Shown here one piece after another: positions 15,671 to 23,882 of a stretch of 32,000 bases of DNA. The translations under genes were made by a program, and so were the position numbers. Origin of the DNA: Bellilinea caldifistulae (GTDB taxonomy: Bacteria > Chloroflexota > Anaerolineae > Anaerolineales > Anaerolineaceae); NCBI RefSeq assembly GCF_001306055.1, contig NZ_LGHJ01000029.1:44683-76682 (forward strand), read 5' to 3'. The notes below the pieces were generated by a model. It saw only the letters and a program-made list of their open reading frames with translations, was not told the DNA's origin and did not search any database. Positions within the stretch are counted from its first letter, which is position 1, and the number at the start of each line of letters is the position of its first letter.

Positions 15671-16831
15671 ATGAATAAACCATGGCATCATATCGTGGGT
15701 TCAATCCTGATAACCCTCATCGCAATTGGATTACTCCAATTTTCAAACCACTCAGTAGTAGCAAGCAGTGGTGGAATTCCAACCAACATTGTTTTTGTCA
15801 AAAAGGATGCAAATACCTCGTTTGACCGACAGTGGAATTGGACAATTACCAAAACCGGCGATCAAACTTCTCTGACATTAGCCCCTGGTCAGTCTGTCCC
15901 GGTAAATTATACCGTCACCGTTCAGTCGGTCGCGGTTGATAGCAATTGGAAGGTCACCGGCAGTATATCGTTTCAAAACACTGCAAGTGAGCCAGCGACC
16001 ATCACTGCCGTGACGGACGTAATCAGTGGCGGGATTGTTGCCAGTGTTGACTGCGGTACAACGTTTCCCTTTACATTGCCAGCCGGGTATACAAAAGTTT
16101 GCACTTATCAAGCCACATTGCCAGATGGAAGTAGCCGTACCAATACCGCAACCGTGGAAACCAGCGGGAATGTGCCAGGAAGTTCTTTCACAATTCCATT
16201 TTCATTTGGAAATCCCAACAATGAAGTAGATGAGTGCATCACTGTCGAAGATGACCAGATTGGATCATTAGGTGTCGTCTGCGCTGGGGAATCACCCAAA
16301 ACATTCAACTATACTTTGAACGTGGGTGGTTCGGAACAATGTGGGCTTTACCAATTCGCCAATGTTGCCTCTTTCGTCAGCAATGATAGTGGTAAAAAAG
16401 GCAGCGCAAAATATGTGGTGAACTTTGATATTCCTTGTACTGAAGCCTGCACCCTCACCCCCGGTTACTGGAAAACACACTCAAAATACGGCCCTGCCCC
16501 TTACGATTCGACCTGGGCTTTGCTGGGAGAGGATAACGCCTTCTTCTTGAGCGGGCAAACTAATTATCAGGTGCTTTGGACATCACCTTCAGGTGGTAAC
16601 GCCTATTACATACTCGCCCACGCCTATCTCGCCGCCAAACTGAATGTTCTTAATGGCGCTTCCACCACCGCTAGCGTTGATGCGGCTTTAGCCTTTGCCG
16701 AGTCCTTTTTCAGCACCTACAGCCCAACCTCTACCCTTAGCAGGTCGGTACGTAATACGGCTATTTCACAGGCAGGAATACTCGATAACTACAACAATGG
16801 GTTAATCGGCCCCGGTCATTGCGGCAAGTAA
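15671..16831 (+). CDS. secreted or membrane-anchored hypothetical protein: N-terminal beta-sandwich-like region plus C-terminal PGYWKTH module
   Basis: SD AAGGAG. N-terminal anchor/signal GSILITLIAIGLL. Ser/Thr/Val-rich strand-like repeats (NWTITKTGDQ..., NWKVTGSISFQNT...). Cys-containing C-terminal module CTLTPGYWKTHSKYGP...AYYILAHAYLAAKLN. No family named with confidence. Confidence 0.65.
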   Translation: MNKPWHHIVGSILITLIAIGLLQFSNHSVVASSGGIPTNIVFVKKDANTSFDRQWNWTITKTGDQTSLTLAPGQSVPVNYTVTVQSVAVDSNWKVTGSISFQNTASEPATITAVTDVISGGIVASVDCGTTFPFTLPAGYTKVCTYQATLPDGSSRTNTATVETSGNVPGSSFTIPFSFGNPNNEVDECITVEDDQIGSLGVVCAGESPKTFNYTLNVGGSEQCGLYQFANVASFVSNDSGKKGSAKYVVNFDIPCTEACTLTPGYWKTHSKYGPAPYDSTWALLGEDNAFFLSGQTNYQVLWTSPSGGNAYYILAHAYLAAKLNVLNGASTTASVDAALAFAESFFSTYSPTSTLSRSVRNTAISQAGILDNYNNGLIGPGHCGK

Positions 16832-16848
16832 ATTACAATTCTTAAATT

Positions 16849-16892
16849 AAAAATACAGGCCCCAGAAAAGTTTCCGAGGCCCGTATTTTTTT
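16849..16892. terminator. probable bidirectional terminator between convergent genes
   Basis: aaaaatacaggcc...ggcccgtattttttt forms a 9-bp stem with one position that is G-U on the minus transcript. It is flanked by A5 and T7 runs. The loop is large (16 nt). Confidence 0.45.
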
Positions 16893-17298
16893 AAAGCGGG
16901 AACTCTGTGGGTATCCGGGTACACGATTCGACCAGTTCTTTGGCGGCCCGAACATTTTTCATCACCATTGCCATATTACCGGTGAGTTTCAACTGGCCAG
17001 TCATCATCGCCTGCATCGGATCAAGTTGTTTGGTCATAACCTTCTTCCAGACACTCACCGGCCCTTTCAGTTGAAAAGCCGGTTTTAATCCATCCAGTTT
17101 TTCAACCTTGAACGCGTTTCGGCACTCGCCATGCCACAAATCCATATAAAGCGTAACTGTTTCCGTAAGCATTCCACCCGGCTCAATGATAAAATAAAAA
17201 TCCCCCTCCCAATTTTTGGCTGCTTCTTTGTAGGATTGGCTCTGATTTAAATCCTGCATCATTGCCTTGATCCATTCATCCGAAGGAAAACGAAACAT
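16891..17298 (-). CDS. SCP2 (sterol carrier protein 2-like) domain protein
   Basis: Typical SCP2 C-terminus DPMQAMMTGQLKLTGNMAMVMK. Length is 135 aa. GGAGG lies 7 nt before the ATG. Confidence 0.75.
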   Translation of the reverse strand: MFRFPSDEWIKAMMQDLNQSQSYKEAAKNWEGDFYFIIEPGGMLTETVTLYMDLWHGECRNAFKVEKLDGLKPAFQLKGPVSVWKKVMTKQLDPMQAMMTGQLKLTGNMAMVMKNVRAAKELVESCTRIPTEFPL

Positions 17299-17382
17299 CT
17301 ACACACCTCCATGAATTTTGTATGATGGTAAAAATTATAACTTCATCTAAAAATGACTGTGCCATTAAATCGGAGGATAAAA

Positions 17383-18432
17383 ATGAGCTCATACCGCACC
17401 CTTCAATGGGATGATCGAACGAACACCCTTGTGCTTTTAGATCAGCGTTTCCTGCCCCATCGTATTCAATTTGTGACTTGTGGGGATGAGCAGCAAACTG
17501 CCGAAGCTATTCGAAATATGACCATCCGCGGTGCGCCGGCGATTGGTGCGGCAGCCGCTTTTGGGCTGGCGCTGGCAGCCTTCCGCTGCACCAGCTCAAA
17601 CCCTCAAGAAATTCGCGAACGAATCGAAAACGCCGCTCGTCAATTGGCATCCGCGAGACCAACTGCGGTCAATTTGCAATGGGCATTAACAAGAGTATTG
17701 AACAAACTCGCCACTGCGGAAGGAAATCCGGAAGACTTGCGCAAGCTCATTCTCGAAGAAGCCATCCAGATTGCAGAAGAAGATGTGCAAATCAACAAAA
17801 AAATCGGTTTGAATGCTCTACAAATCCTTCCGGAAGAAATCAATTTCATTCATCACTGTAACACCGGCGCCTTAGCCACAGTTGATTATGGTACCGCACT
17901 GGGCATCATCCGAACTGCCCATGAACATGGGCGCAAAGTATTTGTCTTCGTAGATGAAACCCGCCCACGCCTTCAGGGAGCAAAATTGACCGCCTGGGAA
18001 CTTCAACAGTTAGGGATCCCATTCAAGGTCATTGTGGACGGTGCTTCCGGCTTTGTGATGAAGCGTTTTCGAATTGACGCAGTCGTAGTCGGTTGCGACC
18101 GCGTGGCTGCCAATGGCGATACGGCCAACAAAATTGGTACCTACAACCTTGCCCTGGCTGCCAAAGCCCATGGCGTTCCTTTTTATGTTGCCTGTCCCAC
18201 ATCCACCATTGACCTGAGAATCACCTCCGGTGACCAGATTCCCATCGAAGAACGGGAAGCGGAAGAAATCACCCATCTGGAAGGTACGCCAATTTGCCCG
18301 CAGGGAACTGCCGTTTTCAACCCGGCTTTTGATGTTACCCCAGCAGAATTGATCACTGCCATCATTACCGAAAATGGCGTTTGTTACCCGCCATTTATCC
18401 ATTCATTAAGTGGGGTTGTTCATCCCGCGTGA
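17383..18432 (+). CDS. mtnA: S-methyl-5-thioribose-1-phosphate isomerase (eIF-2B alpha/beta/delta-like family)
   Basis: Motifs IRGAPAIGAAAAFG, HCNTGALAT, VDETRPRLQGAKLTAWEL and DRVAANGDTANKIGTY. ATG at 17383 follows GGAGG. The ORF track start at 17353 has no SD. Confidence 0.88.
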   Translation: MSSYRTLQWDDRTNTLVLLDQRFLPHRIQFVTCGDEQQTAEAIRNMTIRGAPAIGAAAAFGLALAAFRCTSSNPQEIRERIENAARQLASARPTAVNLQWALTRVLNKLATAEGNPEDLRKLILEEAIQIAEEDVQINKKIGLNALQILPEEINFIHHCNTGALATVDYGTALGIIRTAHEHGRKVFVFVDETRPRLQGAKLTAWELQQLGIPFKVIVDGASGFVMKRFRIDAVVVGCDRVAANGDTANKIGTYNLALAAKAHGVPFYVACPTSTIDLRITSGDQIPIEEREAEEITHLEGTPICPQGTAVFNPAFDVTPAELITAIITENGVCYPPFIHSLSGVVHPA

Positions 18433-19694
18433 TTGATCCCGTAAATTTCGGTCAACAGCGCCTTCAGGTGCATTTCCAATACCGAAAACGAATAATGCTT
18501 CCGGGCAACCCGGTAATTTACCCGGCACATTTCCTGGGCATATTCTGCATCCTTTAGGGCACGCCGTGCCTGTTGAATGGATTGCTCGGTAATAAAACCA
18601 TCAAACTCAATGACCTGAAAACCTTTGGGTTTAATGTCAATCTCGTAGATGGAATAGCGATTAACCACAATCGGGCGGTGGAAGTAAATTGCTTCCAGAA
18701 AGGCGTTGCCAAATCCTTCTATTTCAGAAGGATAAGTGACCAGATCAGCATGAGGGTAAACATCGTAGAGCGTGTAAATCTTGCGTCCATCGGGTGTTCT
18801 TCCGCGTTTTTCTTGAATAATATCCGAAACGAATAATGTATTGACCCCCATCCGCTTCGCATAATCCCTCACCCGATGTTCGTACTCTCTGCCTTCATCC
18901 CCGGCTGCGTGAGAGATCACCAGGCGAGCAGGAATATCCAGACGGGAAACCAGCTCAATCGCATGTTCAATCCCCTTGCGTTGAACCACACGGGTTGGCT
19001 GAAGGATTAATTTCTCGCCCTCATCAAGCCCCAAATCCTTTCGAAGAGATTGAGCATATTCATCCAGAGGGGGTGGCGGGGTTTCAAAATCCATCACATT
19101 CGGCACGATTCGGCAGGAGGCCCCAGTCCTTAAGCTCAATTGTTGTCCAGCAACAGAATTGATGACCACGTGTTTTACGCTGGGAAAAGCCGGGGGGAAA
19201 GCCATCGTCAGATAATCCCAGACACAATTGACAAGAAACCGCTTGCGCTCCCAGTACATATCATGGTGATGGGCAATCACCGGGAATCCGGTTTCTGCAA
19301 TGAACTCAGAAATTGCCATGCCCAGCGGAATATTGACCGGGATAGAGAGGGCATTTTCTGATACCAACAGATCAATTTCAAAGTGTTTGACAAATTTCTG
19401 GAGGTGATCCTTGAAATAGGCCTTGTATTCCTGGATTTTTCGGGTTAATTGCGGAGACCGAATGGTTTGGTTGAAAGCCTCTTCATGGAGGGCTTCCATC
19501 TCCGGATGATGAAAAAACAAATTGGGTACCACATAACTGACCTCAGCCGGCCGGTCACACAAACCGGCAAAATAATAACAGGAATGTCCCAATTTTTTAA
19601 AAACAACAGCCCACTTTTCAGTTTCAAGGCTGACTCCATCCGTACCCGCAAATCGTGTCGAAACAAATCCAATCCTTAACGAAGAGTTTTTCAT
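18420..19694 (-). CDS. GT-B fold retaining glycosyltransferase (GT4-like), last gene of the glucosylglycerate-type operon
   Basis: EX7E signature EGFGNAFLEA. N-terminal RIGFVSTRFAGTDGVSLE. ATG at 19692-19694 follows AAGGAG, 16 nt after the GH13_18 stop. Confidence 0.8.
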   Translation of the reverse strand: MKNSSLRIGFVSTRFAGTDGVSLETEKWAVVFKKLGHSCYYFAGLCDRPAEVSYVVPNLFFHHPEMEALHEEAFNQTIRSPQLTRKIQEYKAYFKDHLQKFVKHFEIDLLVSENALSIPVNIPLGMAISEFIAETGFPVIAHHHDMYWERKRFLVNCVWDYLTMAFPPAFPSVKHVVINSVAGQQLSLRTGASCRIVPNVMDFETPPPPLDEYAQSLRKDLGLDEGEKLILQPTRVVQRKGIEHAIELVSRLDIPARLVISHAAGDEGREYEHRVRDYAKRMGVNTLFVSDIIQEKRGRTPDGRKIYTLYDVYPHADLVTYPSEIEGFGNAFLEAIYFHRPIVVNRYSIYEIDIKPKGFQVIEFDGFITEQSIQQARRALKDAEYAQEMCRVNYRVARKHYSFSVLEMHLKALLTEIYGINHAG

Positions 19695-19710
19695 GGGGGA
19701 TAACTCCTTT

Positions 19711-21447
19711 CTATGAAGCACTCTGAACCAACCAACGGTGTTGATAGGGTGAGAGTTGAACCAACCGAGTAAACTCTTCCTCCCTTGAAGAAAGCAAATC
19801 CTTCCACCGGTTTATGGAATCCGGCAACTCAACAAACACCTCATCTTTTGAAAAATTGTGTACACAGAACACAGCCCGGTTAGATCGAGGATCCAGACGG
19901 ATTAAGCCAAAAATCCGCTCATCCACCAAACTCACTTTCTGCTCGGCAAGGGGGTGAAACGCCGCTTCTTTTCGTCTCACGCTCAACATTCGGTTTAAAC
20001 CACTCCAGATTTTTGCTCGTCTGCCCGCCGGATTCTCAATTTCAGCAAGCACTTCCTCAGCAGCTAGTTTTTGTCGGTTGATGGTGCGGTTTGCCCCGGT
20101 CAGATTGACTCCTTCTTTCCAGCCCCTGGAACCAATCATCGAATGCACATAAATTGCCGGTAAACCTTTCATGGAAAGCAATACAGCATGCGCGGTGAGA
20201 AAACGACCAATCATCTCTTCTTCTGTAAGTGGAGATTCGGGATCTCCCATGGCATCAAAAAAATTCACATTTAATTCGTATGGAGAGCGGCTTCCATCCG
20301 GATTTGCTTTGTAACTGACCAGTCCCCCTAATTTTTGAATACGTGTAACCAGTTGGTCAATTTCCGTGTCGGTCAAAATTCCCCGCACTGGATTGATTCC
20401 AACGCCATCGTGCGAGGCAAGAAAGTTAAAAAAGGCGGTCTGATCAGATGGTGTTTGAAGATCACTTGCCCAGCGGGTCAAATAGCGGGTGTTTTGGGTT
20501 TGAACAGTATGGAGAACCAGAGGAGGTAGAGCAAAATTGTAAACCATGTGGGCTTCGTTCATCCCATCACCGAAGTAAGAAACATTCTCCTGATGAGGAA
20601 CATTGGTTTCGGTGATGATCTTTGCATATGGGGCAACTTCACTCAATAGACATCGCCAGAACTGGATAATCCAATGAGTTTGGGGTAAATGAATGCAGGT
20701 TGTACCAATTTCCTTCCACAAGTAAGCAATCGCATCCAAACGGATAAACTGTGCCCCATAGCGGACATAATCCAAAAGTACCCCGGTCATTTTTTGAAAG
20801 ACCTTCGGGTTAGAATAATTTAAATCCACCTGATCGGCGCTAAATGTCGTCCAAACGTGTATGATCCCGTCTTTACTCTGAAATTCGGTCAACAATGGCA
20901 ACGCCCGCGGACGAACCACCCATTTCAACCGTTCATCACTGGGATCTGCAGTGATGTAAAAGTCCTGATACTGTGGATCACCCGATAAAAATCTTTGGAA
21001 CCATTCATGACTGACCGAGGTGTGATTCACCACCGCATCAAACATCAATCGAAAGTTTTTGGAAAGATCTCGAATATCCTGCCAATCCCCAAAATCCGGA
21101 TGGACCGATAAATAATCTGCAACGGAAAAACCATCATCCGATGTGTAAGGGTAAAACGGGAGAAGATGAATGGAGGAGATATTCGGATAAAACAAGCGTA
21201 GGGCAACATCCAGCAATGTTTTCAGCGGTTTTTCTCCTCCACGCCGAAATTGATCGGCATAGGTTATCAAAACCGCATCCGACTGATCGAGGGGCAATGG
21301 CTGCGATTGCACCGCTAAAATTTGACGGGTATCTTCTGCCTTTTTGAGAATTTGCTCAAAACTATCCCAATCCGCATTCTCCGGGTAAATAGATCGAAAG
21401 AGCTCTTTTAGTTTTTCCTTCGTTATGTCTGATAATGGACTGATCAT
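19711..21447 (-). CDS. GH13 subfamily 18 disaccharide/glycoside phosphorylase (sucrose-phosphorylase-like, long YcjM/glucosylglycerate-phosphorylase-like form)
   Basis: GH13 catalytic motifs FIRLDAIAYLWK (nucleophile Asp), ITETNVPH (acid/base Glu) and FLASHDGVG. Also LITYADQF and LLPFYPYTSDDGFSVADY. At 578 aa it is longer than classical sucrose phosphorylases. The ATG overlaps the upstream stop (ATGA at 21444-21447). Confidence 0.85.
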   Translation of the reverse strand: MISPLSDITKEKLKELFRSIYPENADWDSFEQILKKAEDTRQILAVQSQPLPLDQSDAVLITYADQFRRGGEKPLKTLLDVALRLFYPNISSIHLLPFYPYTSDDGFSVADYLSVHPDFGDWQDIRDLSKNFRLMFDAVVNHTSVSHEWFQRFLSGDPQYQDFYITADPSDERLKWVVRPRALPLLTEFQSKDGIIHVWTTFSADQVDLNYSNPKVFQKMTGVLLDYVRYGAQFIRLDAIAYLWKEIGTTCIHLPQTHWIIQFWRCLLSEVAPYAKIITETNVPHQENVSYFGDGMNEAHMVYNFALPPLVLHTVQTQNTRYLTRWASDLQTPSDQTAFFNFLASHDGVGINPVRGILTDTEIDQLVTRIQKLGGLVSYKANPDGSRSPYELNVNFFDAMGDPESPLTEEEMIGRFLTAHAVLLSMKGLPAIYVHSMIGSRGWKEGVNLTGANRTINRQKLAAEEVLAEIENPAGRRAKIWSGLNRMLSVRRKEAAFHPLAEQKVSLVDERIFGLIRLDPRSNRAVFCVHNFSKDEVFVELPDSINRWKDLLSSREEEFTRLVQLSPYQHRWLVQSAS

Positions 21448-22031
21448 TTTCCTTTTCCATTCAAATCTGGCGGCCAAAAAATAATTTTCGGATCAGCATT
21501 TTCAGGGATCATCTCGAACGCTTTTGAAAACGGCATTCCTAAAGATGCAACAATCAGCGTTGCAATCGCCAATCCATGCGAAACAATTAATATCCTTTCC
21601 CCCGGATGACGGGCGGCAATTTCATCCACACAGGATTTCACCCTTTCCGCTACTTCTTTCAGACTTTCACCTCCCGGCGGGCGGCTTTCGAGTGGATTTT
21701 CCCTGCGGTCTTCAAAAAAATCCGCATACCGTTCGCGAATTACGCTGAATAACTGTCCTTCCCACTCGCCTTGATGAATTTCTCGCAGGCGCGGATCAAC
21801 TTTTACCTCCCTCTCATCAGCAAGAATTTTTGCCGTCGAGAAGGCTCGCTGCAGGTCACTGGAATAAATCGCCGCAAATTTTACATCGCTTATCTTTCTC
21901 GCTAAATCGCGCGCCTGCCTGATTCCAATTTCGTTCAAAGGTCTATCAGCCTGCCCCTGATAACGTCCCTCAACATTCCAATCCGTTTGACCATGTCTCA
22001 CCAACCATAACTCGGTTTTCTTCCCTTGCAT
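21444..22031 (-). CDS. histidine-phosphatase superfamily (phosphoglycerate-mutase-like) protein; candidate glucosyl-3-phosphoglycerate phosphatase
   Basis: RHG motif LWLVRHGQTDWN and second catalytic His in IVSHGLAI. Its position directly after the GpgS domain gene supports the role, which is inferred. Confidence 0.8.
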   Translation of the reverse strand: MQGKKTELWLVRHGQTDWNVEGRYQGQADRPLNEIGIRQARDLARKISDVKFAAIYSSDLQRAFSTAKILADEREVKVDPRLREIHQGEWEGQLFSVIRERYADFFEDRRENPLESRPPGGESLKEVAERVKSCVDEIAARHPGERILIVSHGLAIATLIVASLGMPFSKAFEMIPENADPKIIFWPPDLNGKGK

Positions 22032-22037
22032 AAAACC

Positions 22038-23873
22038 CTACCCCGTGATTTCAGTTTCTTTGTTCAGGTAAAATTTAGCTCGATATTCAGGCAGTGTAAT
22101 CATCGGTGGACGATCCTGCTCAATAATTTCCTTAACTTCCAGATAGTAATTGCCGCCTTCGTATTGAACAATTTTCATTGAACGGTTGATGTCTTCAAAC
22201 AAAGGCTGCTTAAAGCGTTCTTCCAGTTTTTTCAATACCGCCTGGATGATCACAAAGGACATTTTACTCAAAGCCGTCAGGCTTTGATTGTGGTGGATTC
22301 GCTCCAACAAATCCACCTGCGCAATTGCCGAAAGACCAAATTTTTCAAAAACATCAATCAATAAACCGGTCTCCACGCCATATCCGGTAAAAAAGGTCAG
22401 GGTTTCCAGCACCTTTCGCCTGCCTCCGTACTCTCCAGAAAGCGGCTGAATCACCCCCGAAAGTTCCGGGTAAAAAAGGTTGAGCAATGGCCTGGCGGTC
22501 AGTTCGGTTACCCTTCCCCCACCGGTTGATTGAACCCTACGGCCAGTTTTCAACGGCCTTTGATAAAAACCTTTCACAAAATGAATGTTCTTATTTAACA
22601 ACAACGGGCCAACCACCCCATAAACAAATCGAGGGTGAATATTGACGATATCCGAATCGATCCAGATAATAATGTCACTACTGGTCACATACAAACTCTT
22701 CCACAGGGCTTCCCCTTTTCCCTCTCTGGCCCCATACTGAGGCAGCACCTGCTGATGGATGTAAACCGGTATTCCAAGGGATTCGGCAATTTCTCTGGTT
22801 CGATCAGTGGAGTTTGAATCCATCAGTACAATCTCGTCCAGAAGTGGATATTTCTCAACCAGCGATTTCCGAATAGTGCCGATCACATTTCCGACCGTTT
22901 CCTCCTCATTCAAGGCAGGTAATGCAAGGCTAATCGTCAACCCCTGTTCCTCTTTCAAACGGACAAGATCGGCAATATGATCGAACTCGCTGGCGTGAAA
23001 GGTGTTTTCGGCAAACCATTTATCCACCAGAATGGAGATGGCTTTAGAACCAATCGTTTCTTTTTTCCAATCATCTTCACGGCGTGGAATTTCCTGTTGG
23101 GACTTAACCACAACGACATCCCGTCCAACCTCATCCAGCAATTGATCGGCTATTTTTCCCAAACTTTCCTGCCGCTCGACTCCTGCTTCGGCAATGCCCA
23201 CGATGGTAATATCGGAGTGGCGGGAAAGTTCTAAAATATCCTGATGAGGATTGCTCGATGCTTTTCGTTGATAATTGACCTCAGGCAAATTAGGTAAAAT
23301 TCTTGAAATACCCAACAACGGCGCTTCGACAACTTCTGCACTGGTTTCGGGTAAGAAGAGATGGACTGCGTTTAACTCCGACCGCCGCATGGCAAGGGCT
23401 AATCTGAGGGATAACTGGGCATGCGGCCCACCGCGCAAGGGTATGCCAATTTTAGGCTGGAGTTTTGTGAAGTTGCCATGGATGATGGCAACGTTAGCAT
23501 TGATCCGTTTAATCCCTTCGGCAAGATTTGGCTGATGCTTGGGTAGCGTAGCCCAATCCAGTATCACCAGATCCGTTCGATGCTCCTGAAGATACGAATT
23601 AATCCCATCCCAAATGTCATAGGTGACGCTTACCCCAATCTGAGCGTCAATATGGTGAGCACGAATGTAGTCGTACAGACATTTTCGTAATTTTCTCGCC
23701 CTTGCATTCCCCGCCGAAAGAGAAAGGGAGGAGTCAACATCCACAATACCCAGCAGGGTAAGAGTGGTTTCACTGAGCAAGTTACAGAAATTGATGATAT
23801 TTTTGTGAAGCGATTCATCAAAAACCGGTACAACCAGTCTTCGGAATGGCCGAAAAATTCTTTGAGAGTACAT
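22038..23873 (-). CDS. gpgS: fusion protein: tandem universal-stress-protein (USP)-like N-terminal region plus glucosyl-3-phosphoglycerate synthase (GT81) domain
   Basis: The C-terminal half carries GpgS hallmarks LALPALNEEETVG, DSNSTDRT, GKGEALW, WIDSDI and GGGRVTELTARPLLNLFYPELSGVIQPLSGEYGG. The N-terminal 280 aa or so show two USP-like alpha/beta units (RLVVPV...LVILDW; IGIPLRGGPH...VVVVKS). ATG at 23873 follows GAGGTGA. Confidence 0.85.
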   Translation of the reverse strand: MYSQRIFRPFRRLVVPVFDESLHKNIINFCNLLSETTLTLLGIVDVDSSLSLSAGNARARKLRKCLYDYIRAHHIDAQIGVSVTYDIWDGINSYLQEHRTDLVILDWATLPKHQPNLAEGIKRINANVAIIHGNFTKLQPKIGIPLRGGPHAQLSLRLALAMRRSELNAVHLFLPETSAEVVEAPLLGISRILPNLPEVNYQRKASSNPHQDILELSRHSDITIVGIAEAGVERQESLGKIADQLLDEVGRDVVVVKSQQEIPRREDDWKKETIGSKAISILVDKWFAENTFHASEFDHIADLVRLKEEQGLTISLALPALNEEETVGNVIGTIRKSLVEKYPLLDEIVLMDSNSTDRTREIAESLGIPVYIHQQVLPQYGAREGKGEALWKSLYVTSSDIIIWIDSDIVNIHPRFVYGVVGPLLLNKNIHFVKGFYQRPLKTGRRVQSTGGGRVTELTARPLLNLFYPELSGVIQPLSGEYGGRRKVLETLTFFTGYGVETGLLIDVFEKFGLSAIAQVDLLERIHHNQSLTALSKMSFVIIQAVLKKLEERFKQPLFEDINRSMKIVQYEGGNYYLEVKEIIEQDRPPMITLPEYRAKFYLNKETEITG

Positions 23874-23882
23874 CAACTCACC

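Noticed and set aside
17299-17382. Possible SAM or methionine-salvage riboswitch upstream of mtnA
   Set aside because: The leader is only about 85 nt, AT-rich, and shows none of the conserved SAM-I/II helices or motifs I can recall.
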